From assembly GCA_903908825.1 (NCBI GenBank), contig CAIVTJ010000045.1, positions 1 to 51,806 of the forward strand: DNA of 51,806 nucleotides. Reading direction: 5' to 3'. The position numbers and the translations under genes were made by a program. The notes below the pieces were generated by a model. That model made no database searches and was not told the DNA's origin. It was given only the letters and a program-made list of their open reading frames with translations. Positions 21,945 to 32,215 of the stretch are shown in pieces. Each line of letters begins with the position of its first letter. Position 1 is the first letter of the stretch. The DNA comes from an uncultured Pseudomonadota bacterium. GTDB taxonomy: Bacteria > Pseudomonadota > Gammaproteobacteria > Steroidobacterales > Steroidobacteraceae.

Positions 21945-22667
21945 ATGGCGGCGAAACGACCCGTGGCCAAAAGTGCCAAAGCACACAAACCGGTAGCCGC
22001 TGTGGCAGCTGCCGGCAAACGCGCGACAGCCGCCAAGACCACGCCGCCACCTAAATCGCAAACACCCGCCAAATCATCCGCCGCAGTTCTGGATAAAAAG
22101 CCCGCAGTGAGCCCGCCCACGAAAAAGTCGGATAAGAAAAAAGCCCCTCCCGAGCAGATTCTGCCGGTTGAGGTCGATCCCGTCGAAGACGCCGATGGCG
22201 CTGACGGCCCTGAAAGCCCTGACAGCAACCTGCTCGCTGGACCTCGCAACGTAAAAGCCTACATACCGGCACGTGGCGAGCAGTACATGAACAAGGAGCA
22301 GCTCGGTCACTTCCGCACCATCCTGCAGACTTGGAAGCAAGATCTGATGATGGAAGTGGACCGTACCGTCTCGCACATGAAGGACGAAGCGGCCAACTTC
22401 CCCGATCCCAACGATCGCGCGACGCAGGAAGAAGAGTTCAGTCTCGAACTGCGCACGCGTGATCGCGAGCGCAAGCTGATCCGCAAGATCGACGAAGCCA
22501 TCAAGCGCATCGAAGACGGCAGCTACGGCTATTGCCTGGAAACCGGCGAGCACATCGGCATCAAACGCTTGGAAGCCCGACCGGTCGCCACGCTGAGCAT
22601 CGAGGCCCAAGAGCGCCGTGAACGTCGCGAGAAGCAATACGGCGATAGGGACGACCGCTACCGCTGA
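21945..22667 (+). CDS. dksA: RNA polymerase-binding transcription factor DksA (1-Cys variant with long basic N-terminal extension)
   Basis: Core FPDPNDRATQEEEFSLELRTRDRERKLIRKIDEAIKRIEDGSYGYC closely matches E. coli DksA. ATG 21945 is preceded by AAGGAG with 6-nt spacing; the track ORF starts at 21927. dksA-gluQ synteny. Confidence 0.9.
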   Translation: MAAKRPVAKSAKAHKPVAAVAAAGKRATAAKTTPPPKSQTPAKSSAAVLDKKPAVSPPTKKSDKKKAPPEQILPVEVDPVEDADGADGPESPDSNLLAGPRNVKAYIPARGEQYMNKEQLGHFRTILQTWKQDLMMEVDRTVSHMKDEAANFPDPNDRATQEEEFSLELRTRDRERKLIRKIDEAIKRIEDGSYGYCLETGEHIGIKRLEARPVATLSIEAQERRERREKQYGDRDDRYR

Positions 22668-23547
22668 GCCTGCCAAGGTCTACCGGGGGCGGTTCGCGCC
22701 GTCACCGTCGGGCCGGTTGCACAGCGGTTCACTGCTGGCCGCTCTGGGCAGTTACTTGGATGCCCGCCATCACGGCGGCCGCTGGCTGATCCGCATTGAA
22801 GATCTGGACACTCCGCGCAATCTGCCCGGTCTGGCCGGCGATATCTTGCAGACGCTGGCGCGCCTGGGCCTCGAGAGCGACGAAGCGCCGCTATACCAAT
22901 CCTCCCGCCACGCAGCCTATCAACAGGCCTTGGCGCACTTGCAAGCCGAAGGCTTGACCTATCCCTGTAGTTGTACCCGCAGTCAGGCCGGACCCGGCAT
23001 CTATGGGGGCCACTGCCGCTCAAGCCCATCGGGGCCGCCTCCTTATGCGCTGCGCCTGCGGCAGGCTGACGAGCGCATCGTGGCCTTTGTCGACCGTTTT
23101 GCAGGTCTGCAACAGCAAGCTTGGGTTCAGTTGGGGGACCCCATACTGCGCCGTCGTGACGGGCTGATCGCCTATCAACTGGCGGTGGTGGTCGACGATG
23201 ACTATCAAGGCATCACTGATATCGTGCGCGGCAGCGATTTACTGGACAGCACTGCGTGGCAACTAGCCCTGATCGATGCGCTGCAACAGCCAGTACCACG
23301 CTATGCGCATCTGCCACTGTTGCTGGCAGCCGATGGCAGCAAGCTGTCTAAGAGTCGCAGTGCCGCAGCCGTCGCAGAACAGCCGCCCGCCACCGTGCTG
23401 GTCGACACGCTGACCTACCTGCAACAAGAGCCGCCAGCCGAACTGTATCGGGCCAGCGTTAGCGAAATATTAGCTTGGGGTATCGCCCACTGGCAGCCGG
23501 AGCGGCTGCGGGGCCTCACGACACTGACAGAAAAAGGCCCGGCTTAA
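22618..23547 (+). CDS. gluQ: Glutamyl-Q tRNA(Asp) synthetase
   Basis: GRFAPSPSGRLHSGSLLAAL (HIGH-like), RIEDLD, and a KLSKS motif (GSKLSKS). About 300 aa, lacking an anticodon-binding domain. The only canonical start before the conserved motif is GTG 22618, inside the dksA 3' end. Confidence 0.85.
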   Translation: MNVARSNTAIGTTATAEPAKVYRGRFAPSPSGRLHSGSLLAALGSYLDARHHGGRWLIRIEDLDTPRNLPGLAGDILQTLARLGLESDEAPLYQSSRHAAYQQALAHLQAEGLTYPCSCTRSQAGPGIYGGHCRSSPSGPPPYALRLRQADERIVAFVDRFAGLQQQAWVQLGDPILRRRDGLIAYQLAVVVDDDYQGITDIVRGSDLLDSTAWQLALIDALQQPVPRYAHLPLLLAADGSKLSKSRSAAAVAEQPPATVLVDTLTYLQQEPPAELYRASVSEILAWGIAHWQPERLRGLTTLTEKGPA

Positions 23548-23560
23548 GACTGCCGGGCCT
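23535..23560. terminator. Bidirectional intrinsic terminator hairpin between convergent gluQ and pnp
   Basis: AGGCCCGGC (23535-23543) pairs with GCCGGGCCT (23552-23560). On the minus strand the hairpin is followed by TTTTTCT. The gluQ stop (23545-23547) sits in the loop. Confidence 0.7.
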
Positions 23561-23567
23561 CGGTCAA

Positions 23568-25658
23568 TTAGCCGACGTCAACGCTGCGCATGGACAGGCG
23601 CACGCGACCCTGACGGTCGACCTCGAGCACCTTGACGCGCACCAGATCGCCTTCCTTGAGCTTGTCGCCGACGCGCTCAACGCGCTCGTCAGAGATCTGC
23701 GAGATGTGCACCAGACCGTCACGACCCGGCAGGATGGTGACGAAGGCACCGAAGTCCATCAGCTTGGCCACACGGCCTTCGTAGATGCGACCCACCTCAA
23801 CATCGGCGGTGATCAGTTCGATGCGGCGCTGAGCCTCGCGACCCGCCGTACCGTTGACCGATGCGATCTTGACCGTGCCATCGTTTTCGATGTCGATGGT
23901 GGTGCCCGTCTCTTCGGTGATCTGACGGATCACTGCGCCGCCCTTGCCGATGACGTCGCGGATCTTTTCCGGGTCGATCTTCAGGGTGATGATCGACGGG
24001 GCCCACTCGGACATGTTGGAGCGCGGCTCGGTGATGACCTTGGCCATCTCACCGAGGATGTGCAGACGACCGGCCAATGCCTGATCGAGAGCAACCTTCA
24101 TGATCTCGGGGGTGATGCCCTCGACCTTGATGTCCATCTGCAGCGCAGTGATGCCCGACGACGTGCCGGCCACCTTGAAGTCCATGTCGCCCAGGTGATC
24201 TTCGTCACCCAGGATGTCGGTGATGACCTTGAAGCGCTGGCCCTCGAGCACCAGACCCATGGCCACGCCTGCGACAGGAGCCTTGATGGGCACGCCGGCA
24301 TCCATCAGCGCGAGGCTGGTGCCGCATACCGAAGCCATAGAGCTCGAGCCGTTGGACTCCAGGATCTCGGACACCACACGGATGACGTAGGGGAAACCTT
24401 CCATCTCGGGCAGCACAGCGGCGATGCCGCGGCGGGCCAGGTTGCCGTGACCGATTTCGCGGCGCTTGGGCGAACCGATCATGCCGGTCTCGCCCACCGA
24501 GAACGGGGGGAAGTTGTAATGCAGCATGAAGCGTTCGCGACGCTCGCCTTCCAAGGCATCGATGATCTGCGCATCACGGGTGGTGCCCAGCGTGGTGGTG
24601 ACCAGCGCCTGAGTCTCACCGCGGGTGAACAATGACGAACCGTGGGTACGGGGCAGCACACCGATGCGGATGTTGATGGGGCGCACGGTCTGGTAGTCAC
24701 GACCGTCGATGCGAGGCTGACCGGTGAGAATGCGGTCACGCACCACATTGCTCTCGAGCTTGTGGATCTGCACCGAGACCAGATCGGCTGCCCAGCGGGC
24801 CTTGCCTTCGACCTGCGGCACGGCAGCAGCCACCTCAGCCTTGATCTCTCCGACACGCTTGTAGCGCTGCTGCTTTTCGATGATGCGATAGGCGTCAGCA
24901 ATCTTTGCCGTCGCGTGCTCGGCCACAAAGGCCAGCAGATCGGCATCTTCGGCGGCAGGCGCCCATTCCCAACGCGGCTTGCCGGTTTCGGCAACCAGCG
25001 CCTTGATGGCGCTGATGGCGACTTGCATCTGCTGGTGACCAAACACCACGGCGCCGAGCATGACGTCTTCAGACAGGCTATCGGCTTCGGATTCGACCAT
25101 GAGCACCGCATCAGCGGTACCGGCAACGATCAACTCCAAGCGCGAGGCCTTCAACTCTTCGCGGCCCGGGTTCAACAGATAGGCACCGTCGCGGTAGCCC
25201 ACGCGCACGCCACCGATCGGGCCTGCGAAAGGCACGCCCGACAGGGCCAACGCAGCCGAGGCACCGAGCATCGAGGGGATGTCAGCATCGATATCCGGAT
25301 CGAGCGAGACGACCGTGGCCACGACCTGAACTTCATTGAAGAAGCCGTCGGGGAACAGCGGACGGATCGGGCGGTCGATGAGGCGCGAGGTCAGAGTCTC
25401 TTTCTCGCTCGGGCGACCTTCACGACGGAAGAAGCCGCCGGGAATGCGGCCGGCCGCATAAGTCTTTTCCTGGTAATTGACCGTCAGCGGGAAGAAATCC
25501 TTACCCGGCTGCGCCTGTTTGCGGGCGACTGCAGTCACCAGAACGACGGTGTGACCCATGGTAACGACCACGGCACCATCGGCTTGGCGGGCCAGCTCGC
25601 CGGTCTCGATCGTTACCGTATGCGAACCAAAGGGGAAAGATTGCTTGGCGACGCTCAC
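23568..25658 (-). CDS. pnp: Polyribonucleotide nucleotidyltransferase (PNPase)
   Basis: 696 aa. Two RNase PH domains, a KH domain ([12 protein letters not shown]) and an S1 domain ([18 protein letters not shown]). Confidence 0.98.
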   Translation of the reverse strand: MSVAKQSFPFGSHTVTIETGELARQADGAVVVTMGHTVVLVTAVARKQAQPGKDFFPLTVNYQEKTYAAGRIPGGFFRREGRPSEKETLTSRLIDRPIRPLFPDGFFNEVQVVATVVSLDPDIDADIPSMLGASAALALSGVPFAGPIGGVRVGYRDGAYLLNPGREELKASRLELIVAGTADAVLMVESEADSLSEDVMLGAVVFGHQQMQVAISAIKALVAETGKPRWEWAPAAEDADLLAFVAEHATAKIADAYRIIEKQQRYKRVGEIKAEVAAAVPQVEGKARWAADLVSVQIHKLESNVVRDRILTGQPRIDGRDYQTVRPINIRIGVLPRTHGSSLFTRGETQALVTTTLGTTRDAQIIDALEGERRERFMLHYNFPPFSVGETGMIGSPKRREIGHGNLARRGIAAVLPEMEGFPYVIRVVSEILESNGSSSMASVCGTSLALMDAGVPIKAPVAGVAMGLVLEGQRFKVITDILGDEDHLGDMDFKVAGTSSGITALQMDIKVEGITPEIMKVALDQALAGRLHILGEMAKVITEPRSNMSEWAPSIITLKIDPEKIRDVIGKGGAVIRQITEETGTTIDIENDGTVKIASVNGTAGREAQRRIELITADVEVGRIYEGRVAKLMDFGAFVTILPGRDGLVHISQISDERVERVGDKLKEGDLVRVKVLEVDRQGRVRLSMRSVDVG

Positions 25659-25704
25659 GCTTTAATAACCTCGGAGATAGTGTTCCAGCGAACTGACAGT
25701 GCCG

Positions 25705-25745
25705 GAAAAAACAAAGGCCGCCCGGTCATGCGTGACAGGGCGGCC
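25705..25745 (-). terminator. rpsO intrinsic terminator / pnp leader hairpin
   Basis: On the minus strand AGGCCGCCC (25745-25737) pairs with GGGCGGCCT (25722-25714), followed by TTTGTTTTTT. This matches the position of the E. coli rpsO terminator and pnp leader. Confidence 0.7.
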
Positions 25746-25755
25746 TGGATTCGGA

Positions 25756-26025
25756 TCAGCGGCGAAGACCCAGCCGCTCGACCACTTCTTGATATTTCTG
25801 CGGCAGAGTCGACTTGAGGTAATCGAGCAGCTTGCGGCGCTGATTGACCATCTTGACGAGGCCCCGGCGGGACGAGTGATCGGCCTTGTGCGCGGTGAAA
25901 TGGCCGCCGAGTCCGCTGATCCGCTCTGAGAGCAGAGCGATCTGCACTTCAGGGGAACCGGTGTCGGTCGGGTCGCGACGGAACTGTTCGACAATCCCGC
26001 TCTTTTTTTCAGTCGATAACGCCAT
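25756..26025 (-). CDS. rpsO: 30S ribosomal protein S15
   Basis: 89 aa with [18 protein letters not shown]...HKKDHHSRRGL-type sequence. Confidence 0.97.
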   Translation of the reverse strand: MALSTEKKSGIVEQFRRDPTDTGSPEVQIALLSERISGLGGHFTAHKADHSSRRGLVKMVNQRRKLLDYLKSTLPQKYQEVVERLGLRR

Positions 26026-26051
26026 GTAGGGGCCCTTTAGGAAAGCGCGGC

Positions 26052-26080
26052 ATTCTAACCGTAGAGGGCGACACCCTCAA
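26052..26080 (-). promoter_or_regulatory. Putative rpsO promoter (TTGAGG-17 nt-TAGAAT)
   Basis: On the minus strand TTGAGG lies at 26080-26075 and TAGAAT at 26057-26052 with a 17-nt spacer. It overlaps the truB stop, the same position as the E. coli rpsO promoter. Confidence 0.4.
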
Positions 26081-26964
26081 GTCAAATGCGCGGTCAAATC
26101 ATTGAAAAGTCGGCGAGGCCTCAATAAGCCCCCCTCGGTGAGTTCACCCAAACCCAAAAACAGCCCGTCGGGCGCGTACAAACGTGCCCGACCGGTTTCT
26201 CGAACGCCTGACAGTTGCACGGCCTGACCTTGTCGCAACCGGCCGACCGACACCAGCGGCACCGTGATTTGCGGCAACTGCGGCAAGGCGGCATCGGCGC
26301 TGAGCAAAGTCACGCTCTGCGGCGCCTCTAACACCTGTTCTAAAGTCACCAAGGGGTGACCCTGGAAAGGCTCGACGTATTCGCGCCGCAAGGCCACCAG
26401 ATGCGCGCAACTGCCGATCGCACGGGCCATATCCTCGGCCAGCACCCTGATGTAAGTGCCCTTGGAGCATTCAACCCGCCATTGCCAATCGCCGTTGTCG
26501 TGCGAGAGCAGTTCTAGCGTTTGCAGCTCGATGGTCCGCGGTGCCCGCTCGACCTCCAATCCTTGACGCGCCAACGCATAGAGGGGTTGGCCATCGCGTT
26601 TCAAAGCCGAATACATGGGCGGCACCTGCTGGCTGCTGCCCAGCAGCGATGCTGCGACGGCCAGCAAGCGCGCATGCGCATCGGCCGGCACATCAGCCGT
26701 CTCGACGACCGGGCCTTCAGCATCACCGGTAGCCGTACGGGCACCCAGGCGCGCTGTGAACAGATAAGACTTGCGCCCTTCCAGGAGATCGCCAGCGACC
26801 TTGGTGGCCTCACCCAGGCACAGCGGCAACATGCCGGTCGCCAACGGATCGAGGCTGCCGGTATGACCGCCCTTGATACGGCCGAAGGCATAGCGGACGC
26901 GCTGCAGCGCGGCGTTGGAGGACAGACCTAAGGGCTTGTCCAGCAGCAGGATGCCGCTGGTCAC
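26077..26964 (-). CDS. truB: tRNA pseudouridine(55) synthase
   Basis: GILLLDKP.G.SSN...KGGHTGSLDPLATGMLPLCLGEATK, containing the catalytic Asp motif. Confidence 0.95.
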   Translation of the reverse strand: MTSGILLLDKPLGLSSNAALQRVRYAFGRIKGGHTGSLDPLATGMLPLCLGEATKVAGDLLEGRKSYLFTARLGARTATGDAEGPVVETADVPADAHARLLAVAASLLGSSQQVPPMYSALKRDGQPLYALARQGLEVERAPRTIELQTLELLSHDNGDWQWRVECSKGTYIRVLAEDMARAIGSCAHLVALRREYVEPFQGHPLVTLEQVLEAPQSVTLLSADAALPQLPQITVPLVSVGRLRQGQAVQLSGVRETGRARLYAPDGLFLGLGELTEGGLLRPRRLFNDLTAHLT

Positions 26965-27323
26965 GCCTCGCCCTTGACCGCTGCGGTTATCAGCGCGGTC
27001 AGCTTGGCGGCACGCTCGAAGGTTTCGTCGATGACAAACTCCAGACGCGGTGCGTGCCGGAGGCCAACGCGGCGACCCACTTCACCGCGCAAAAACCCGG
27101 CTGCCGCAGCCAAACCGGTCAGCATCTCCGGGGGCGCTTTGGCACCACCGAACGCCACCACATGCACCTTGGCTGTACTGAGGTCACGCGCCGCAGTCAC
27201 CAGAGTGACCGTCAGCGGTCCGATGCGCGGATCTTTGACTTCGCGGCTGAGCAACTCGGCCAGCGTTCGTTGCATTTCGGCTTCGATACGCTGGTGTCTT
27301 TGGCTGGGTGCAGACTTGGCCAT
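26961..27323 (-). CDS. rbfA: Ribosome-binding factor A
   Basis: 120 aa with RIEAEMQRTLAELLSREVKDPR...TVT.V..ARDLS.AKV. Sits between infB and truB. Confidence 0.93.
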   Translation of the reverse strand: MAKSAPSQRHQRIEAEMQRTLAELLSREVKDPRIGPLTVTLVTAARDLSTAKVHVVAFGGAKAPPEMLTGLAAAAGFLRGEVGRRVGLRHAPRLEFVIDETFERAAKLTALITAAVKGEA

Positions 27324-27335
27324 CAGTACCCGGCT

Positions 27336-29885
27336 TCAGATCGTGCGCGCGATTTCAACGCGCGAATAGCATTCGATCTGATCACCGGCTTGTACGTCCT
27401 GATAGTTCTTAACGCCGATGCCGCACTCAGTGCCGGCACGCACTTCGTTGGCCTCGTCCTTGAACCGGCGCAGGGATTCGAGCGCACCCTCGAAGATGAC
27501 CACGCTGTTGCGCAGCACGCGGATGGGGTTGTTGCGCTTGACTGTGCCTTCCATGACCAGGCAACCGGCGACCACGCCGAACTTGCTGGAACGGAACACT
27601 TCGCGCACCTGTGCCACACCGACGATCTGTTCTTTGATTTCGGGAGCCAGCATGCCGCTCATCACGGCCTTAATGTCGTCGATGGCTTCGTAAATGATGC
27701 TGTAGTAGCGAACATCGACGCCGGTCTCTTTGATGGCATCGCGTGCACCGGCATCGGCGCGAACGTTAAAGCCGATGATGCGTGCCTTGGATGACGCAGC
27801 CTGCTGTACGTCAGAGGCAGTGATGCCGCCGACGTTCGCGCTGAGCACTTTGATAAGCACTTCATCGGTGGACAGCTTGAGCAGCGCATCGCGTATAGCC
27901 TCGGCGCTGCCTTGCACATCGGTCTTGACCAGCACAGGTATGACGCCGGCCTTGGCCTCTTCCATCTGCGAAAAGACATCCTCGATCTTGGCGCTTTGAC
28001 GGGCTTGGCGCGTATCGCGGAACTTGCCTTGACGATGCAGTGCCACTTCACGGGCCTTGCGATCGCTCTCGACTGCCAGTAGTTCATCACCTGCATTGGG
28101 TGCAGCGGTCAAACCCAGCACGACTACCGGCATGGACGGCAGCGCCTTGTCCACAGACTTGCCGTTCTCATCGAACATGGCACGGACGCGGCCGAACTGC
28201 TGCCCCGCCAGGATGGGATCGCCGAGCTTGAGCGTACCGCGACGCACCAACACCGTAGCGACCGGTCCGCGTCCCTTTTCAATGCTGGACTCAACCACGA
28301 TACCCGTGGCCAAACCATCGCGCGGAGCCTTGAGTTCCAGCACTTCGGCTTGCAGCAAGATGGCTTCGAGCAAAGAGTCGATACCGGTACCGACCTTGGC
28401 CGACACCTGCACGAACATATTGCTGCCGCCCCAGTCCTCAGAAATCACGTCATATTTGGACAGCTCTGTGCGGATGCGATCGATGTCCGCATCGGGCTTA
28501 TCGATCTTATTGATGGCCACGACGATGGGCACGTTGGCCGCACGCGCGTGTTCGATGGCTTCGATGGTCTGCGGCATAACGCCGTCGTCCGCTGCTACCA
28601 CCAGCACCACAACGTCGGTGGCCTTGGCGCCGCGGGCACGCATGGCGGTGAAAGCCGCGTGACCGGGCGTATCGAGGAAAGTGATCATGCCGCGCGGCGT
28701 TTCGACGTGATAAGCGCCGATATGCTGTGTGATGCCACCGGCCTCGCCGCTGGCGACCTTGGCGCGACGGATATGATCCAGCAATGAGGTCTTGCCGTGA
28801 TCGACATGGCCCATGACTGTGACCACAGGCGGACGCGATACGTACTTGTCGGCAGCGCCATCGGCGCCCTGCAGACCTTCTTCGATCTCGTTCTCTTTGA
28901 CGAGCTTGGCAGTGTGGCCCATCTCTTCAACCACCAGCACCGCAGTGTCCTGGTCGATGGGCTGATTGATGGTCGCCATGATGCCGAGGTTCATCAGAAC
29001 CTTGATGACCTCGGTCGCCTTGACGGCCATGCGCTGCGCCAACTCAGCAACCGTGATGGTCTCGCCTATAGCGACATCGCGACGCACCGGTGCGGTTGGC
29101 ATCTCGAAGCCATGCCGCGTATCGCCATCGTTGCCGGACGGACGGCCCCGCATACGCTGGCGCGGCTTTTTCTTAAAGCGGGCGCTGGAATCGACCGAGA
29201 CATGCAACTCCTGGCGACCATAACGTGTGGCCGGTGCTGAAGGCGCACGTGCAGCGCTGGGCTGCGCAACCGGCGCCTGGGCCGGCGCAGTGCGCTGCCG
29301 TTCGGTGCGTTGCTGCTCGGCTGTGCGCTGGGCACGTTGGCGTTCGGCATCGCGCTCGGCCTCTTCCTTAGCCTGCTGTTCCGCTGCGCGCCTGGACTCT
29401 TCCTGCACGCGCGAACGGTTTTGCTCTTCTTCGAGCCGCCGGCGGTTTTCGATGTCGATGCGCTCAGCTTCACGGCGCTCGGCAGCGATCCGCTCTTGCT
29501 CGAGACGCTCGGCCTCTTCCTGTTCACGGCGCTGCTGTTCGAGCAGTTCCTGCTGCGGCCGCGCCTGCTCCTCCAGCACATCACGCTTGACGTAAGTGCG
29601 CTTCACACGCACTTCAACGTTGACAGTGCGCGCCCGCCCCTGCGTGCTGGCCATCTTGATCTCGCTCTGCGTTTTGCGCTTGAGCGTGATCTTGCTGGGT
29701 GCTGCAGCTGCGGAATCGCTGCCATGACTGCGACGCAAATGCGCCAGCAACTGGTTCTTGGCCTCATCGTTAATGAGATCGTTCTCACCCGACGCGGGTA
29801 TGCCGGCCTGCTCCAGTTGGATCAGGAGCCGGTCTACCGGAACCTTCAGGACATCAGCAAATTGTGCAACAGTGACATCAGCCAT
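27336..29885 (-). CDS. infB: Translation initiation factor IF-2
   Basis: 849 aa. Charged E/R/Q-rich N-terminal region and G domain motifs [17 protein letters not shown] and NKID. Confidence 0.98.
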   Translation of the reverse strand: MADVTVAQFADVLKVPVDRLLIQLEQAGIPASGENDLINDEAKNQLLAHLRRSHGSDSAAAAPSKITLKRKTQSEIKMASTQGRARTVNVEVRVKRTYVKRDVLEEQARPQQELLEQQRREQEEAERLEQERIAAERREAERIDIENRRRLEEEQNRSRVQEESRRAAEQQAKEEAERDAERQRAQRTAEQQRTERQRTAPAQAPVAQPSAARAPSAPATRYGRQELHVSVDSSARFKKKPRQRMRGRPSGNDGDTRHGFEMPTAPVRRDVAIGETITVAELAQRMAVKATEVIKVLMNLGIMATINQPIDQDTAVLVVEEMGHTAKLVKENEIEEGLQGADGAADKYVSRPPVVTVMGHVDHGKTSLLDHIRRAKVASGEAGGITQHIGAYHVETPRGMITFLDTPGHAAFTAMRARGAKATDVVVLVVAADDGVMPQTIEAIEHARAANVPIVVAINKIDKPDADIDRIRTELSKYDVISEDWGGSNMFVQVSAKVGTGIDSLLEAILLQAEVLELKAPRDGLATGIVVESSIEKGRGPVATVLVRRGTLKLGDPILAGQQFGRVRAMFDENGKSVDKALPSMPVVVLGLTAAPNAGDELLAVESDRKAREVALHRQGKFRDTRQARQSAKIEDVFSQMEEAKAGVIPVLVKTDVQGSAEAIRDALLKLSTDEVLIKVLSANVGGITASDVQQAASSKARIIGFNVRADAGARDAIKETGVDVRYYSIIYEAIDDIKAVMSGMLAPEIKEQIVGVAQVREVFRSSKFGVVAGCLVMEGTVKRNNPIRVLRNSVVIFEGALESLRRFKDEANEVRAGTECGIGVKNYQDVQAGDQIECYSRVEIARTI

Positions 29886-29904
29886 ATTTACTCGCTCTCG
29901 AGGC

Positions 29905-31404
29905 CTATTTCTCGGCCTGGAACCAAATTTCGCGCGCCTTCATGATCAGCACGCCAGCGCGCTGTTCATCGAGTCCGTCAATGCCTTCAAGGTCATCGAT
30001 GGACTGCTCGGCCAATTGCTCACGGGTACGGATGCCGCGACGGGCCAGATCTAGAGCCAGATCCGGATTCATGCCAGTCAGTGCCAGCAGGTCATCGGCC
30101 GGCATAGTCTGTTCGAGGCCCTCTTCGCTGGCGATAGCCTGCGTCAGCAAGACATCACGAGCGCGGTTACGCAGCTCTTTGACCATATCTTCGTCGAACT
30201 CAGCGATGGACGACAGCTCGCTGACCGGCACATAGGCCAGCTCTTCGATGGTCGAAAAACCTTCCTGAGCAAGAATGGCAGCGACATCCTCATCGACGTC
30301 CAACTGCTTCATGAACATCTGGACCAGCTTGCTGGACTCGGACTCGCTCTTGGCCTCGGCGTCAGACTCGGTCATGACGTTCAGATCCCAACCAGTGAGC
30401 TGGCTGGCCAGACGGATGTTCTGGCCGCCGCGGCCGATAGCCTGCGAGAGCTTATCTTCGGCCACAGCGATATCCATGCTGTGTGATTCTTCATCGACGA
30501 CGATCGACAGCACTTCTGCCGGCGCCATGGCGTTGATGACAAACTGCGCCGGGTTGTCGTCAAACGGGATGATGTCGACGCGCTCGCCGGCAATCTCGTT
30601 AGACACCGCCTGCACACGCGAACCGCGCATACCCACGCAGGCGCCCACCGGATCGATACGCGGCTCGTTGCTGCGCACGGCAATCTTGGCGCGCATACCC
30701 GGATCACGGGCAGCAGCGAGGATTTGAATAGTGCCCTGACCGACTTCCGGCACTTCGAGCTTGAACAACTCGATGAGGAACTCCGGGCAGGTGCGCGACA
30801 AAAACAATTGCGGGCCGCGCGGCTCTGAGCGCACTTCACGCAAGTAAGACTTGACCCGATCCTGAGGCTTGAGGGCTTCGCGCGGGATCATGTCCGAACG
30901 CGAGATAAAGCCTTCCGCATTACCACCCAGGTCGACAAAAATGCCGTTGCGATCGACGCGCTTGACCACGCCGCTGATCAGCGAGGCGACTCGGCCTTCA
31001 TACTGCTCAATGACCTGCGCACGCTCGGCTTCGCGCACCTTTTGCACCATGACCTGTTTGGCCTGCTGCGCTGCGATGCGACCGAACTCCACAGATTCCA
31101 TGGGCTGCTCGACGAACCCGTCGACCTCCGCATCGGCACTGATGTCCAAGCCGTCTTCCAGACGCACCTCTGCTTCCGGGTTTTGCAACTCGGTCGAGTC
31201 GTCGGCAAACACCTTCCAGCGGCGGAACGTTTCGTAATCACCTGTCTTGCGGTTAATGGCAACGCGCACGTCCCAGTCTTCGCCGTGACGCTTGCGTGTG
31301 GCAGCCGCCAAGGCCGCCTCCAGCGCGTCAAAGATGATTTCTTTCTCGACGCCCTTTTCGTTAGAAACGGCATCTACGACGATCAGAATTTCTTTGTTGT
31401 TCAT
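29905..31404 (-). CDS. nusA: Transcription termination/antitermination factor NusA
   Basis: Starts at ATG 31404 ([19 protein letters not shown]), preceded by AGGAGAGAG. S1 plus two KH domains ([17 protein letters not shown]) and C-terminal acidic repeats. The longer track ORF reaching 31449 is rejected. Confidence 0.97.
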   Translation of the reverse strand: MNNKEILIVVDAVSNEKGVEKEIIFDALEAALAAATRKRHGEDWDVRVAINRKTGDYETFRRWKVFADDSTELQNPEAEVRLEDGLDISADAEVDGFVEQPMESVEFGRIAAQQAKQVMVQKVREAERAQVIEQYEGRVASLISGVVKRVDRNGIFVDLGGNAEGFISRSDMIPREALKPQDRVKSYLREVRSEPRGPQLFLSRTCPEFLIELFKLEVPEVGQGTIQILAAARDPGMRAKIAVRSNEPRIDPVGACVGMRGSRVQAVSNEIAGERVDIIPFDDNPAQFVINAMAPAEVLSIVVDEESHSMDIAVAEDKLSQAIGRGGQNIRLASQLTGWDLNVMTESDAEAKSESESSKLVQMFMKQLDVDEDVAAILAQEGFSTIEELAYVPVSELSSIAEFDEDMVKELRNRARDVLLTQAIASEEGLEQTMPADDLLALTGMNPDLALDLARRGIRTREQLAEQSIDDLEGIDGLDEQRAGVLIMKAREIWFQAEK

Positions 31405-31411
31405 CTCTCTC

Positions 31412-31945
31412 CTACCTTCGCGCTGGGCCGCGTGACCAATCCGGTGCAAGTCTGGCTTTACCCAATTCTTCGTAACGAATGGCCACTTGCGTGCCGTCCA
31501 CGTTCATCTCAAATCCTGTCTCAGCAACCAGGGTCAACAGACCCGTATAACGCTTGCGGCCCTCACGCGGCCACAACAACTCGGCATGCACCCGCTCACC
31601 GGCAAAACGCCGGAAATGCTCCGGGGTGCGCAAAATACGATCGACCCCAGGCGACGACACCTCGAGCGAATAAGCCACCGGTATCGGATCTTGCGCATCA
31701 AGCATTTCGGAGACTTCGCGGCTGACCCGCTCGCAGTCCTCAACGCCAATGCCCTCAAACGAGCGATTTTCATCGCTCTCGTCACCGACACCGACTGGCG
31801 CCACGCCGCCCGGCCAGTCGATATAGATCCGCAGCAGCGCATCTGAGCGCCCAGCCACGTACTCGATATCGACGAGTTCGTAACCCGACCCCACGACCAG
31901 GGGTTCGATGAGGGCCATCAATTGCGCACGCAAACTATCGACCAT
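31412..31945 (-). CDS. rimP: Ribosome maturation factor RimP
   Basis: 177 aa with LIEPLVVGSGYELVDIEYV...LRIYID and LEVSSPGVDR.L motifs. First gene of the rimP-nusA-infB operon. Confidence 0.9.
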   Translation of the reverse strand: MVDSLRAQLMALIEPLVVGSGYELVDIEYVAGRSDALLRIYIDWPGGVAPVGVGDESDENRSFEGIGVEDCERVSREVSEMLDAQDPIPVAYSLEVSSPGVDRILRTPEHFRRFAGERVHAELLWPREGRKRYTGLLTLVAETGFEMNVDGTQVAIRYEELGKARLAPDWSRGPARR

Positions 31946-32007
31946 CTGTCACCTGAAACACGACTCGCCTCTTGCGGCGCCCACGCGCCACGCAAACGGC
32001 AAGTCCA

Positions 32008-32031
32008 ATAAAAAAGGGCCCGAAAGGCCCT
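32008..32031 (-). terminator. Intrinsic terminator-like hairpin in the rimP leader (proximal)
   Basis: The minus strand reads GGGCC-TTTCG-GGCCC followed by TTTTTTATT (stem 32016-32020 / 32026-32030; A-run 32008-32015 on the plus strand). Confidence 0.55.
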
Positions 32032-32056
32032 CCTGCTGCGGCTTTATGGTTACCGC

Positions 32057-32080
32057 AAAAGAAAAGCCCCTCTCGGGGGC
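32057..32080 (-). terminator. Intrinsic terminator-like hairpin in the rimP leader (distal)
   Basis: The minus strand reads GCCCC-CGAGA-GGGGC followed by TTTTCTTTT (stem 32066-32070 / 32076-32080; A-rich run 32057-32065 on the plus strand). Confidence 0.6.
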
Positions 32081-32152
32081 CTTCACAAACACCCCTTGCG
32101 GGGTAGGCGCGGATTGCTCCGGCCCGGAAAGCCTGAATCAGATACCTGAGCA

Positions 32153-32204
32153 CCTGTTGTATTTCCCGGACTCCGTATAGTAGGGATTATTAAGGAAAAG
32201 GCAA
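32153..32204. promoter_or_regulatory. Putative divergent promoter region (rimP leader on minus, outer-membrane protein gene on plus)
   Basis: Minus strand: TTGCCT (32204-32199), 16-nt spacer, TACTAT (32182-32177). Plus strand: -10-like TATAGT (32176-32181) with only a poor -35. The two -10 elements overlap on opposite strands. Confidence 0.3.
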
Positions 32205-32215
32205 ACCCTTTAGCT

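Noticed and set aside
27336-29885. Highly charged E/R/Q/A-rich repeat region in the IF-2 N-terminus (about 29200-29600) as a possible novel repeat.
   Set aside because: Low-complexity charged N-terminal regions are a normal, variable feature of bacterial IF-2.
31946-32215. Possible metY-like initiator tRNA or other tRNA upstream of rimP, as in E. coli.
   Set aside because: I found no T-loop-like GGTTCGAAT/GTTCAAAT, acceptor stem with CCA context, or cloverleaf on either strand. The stems present are simple terminator-type hairpins. tRNAscan-SE would settle this.
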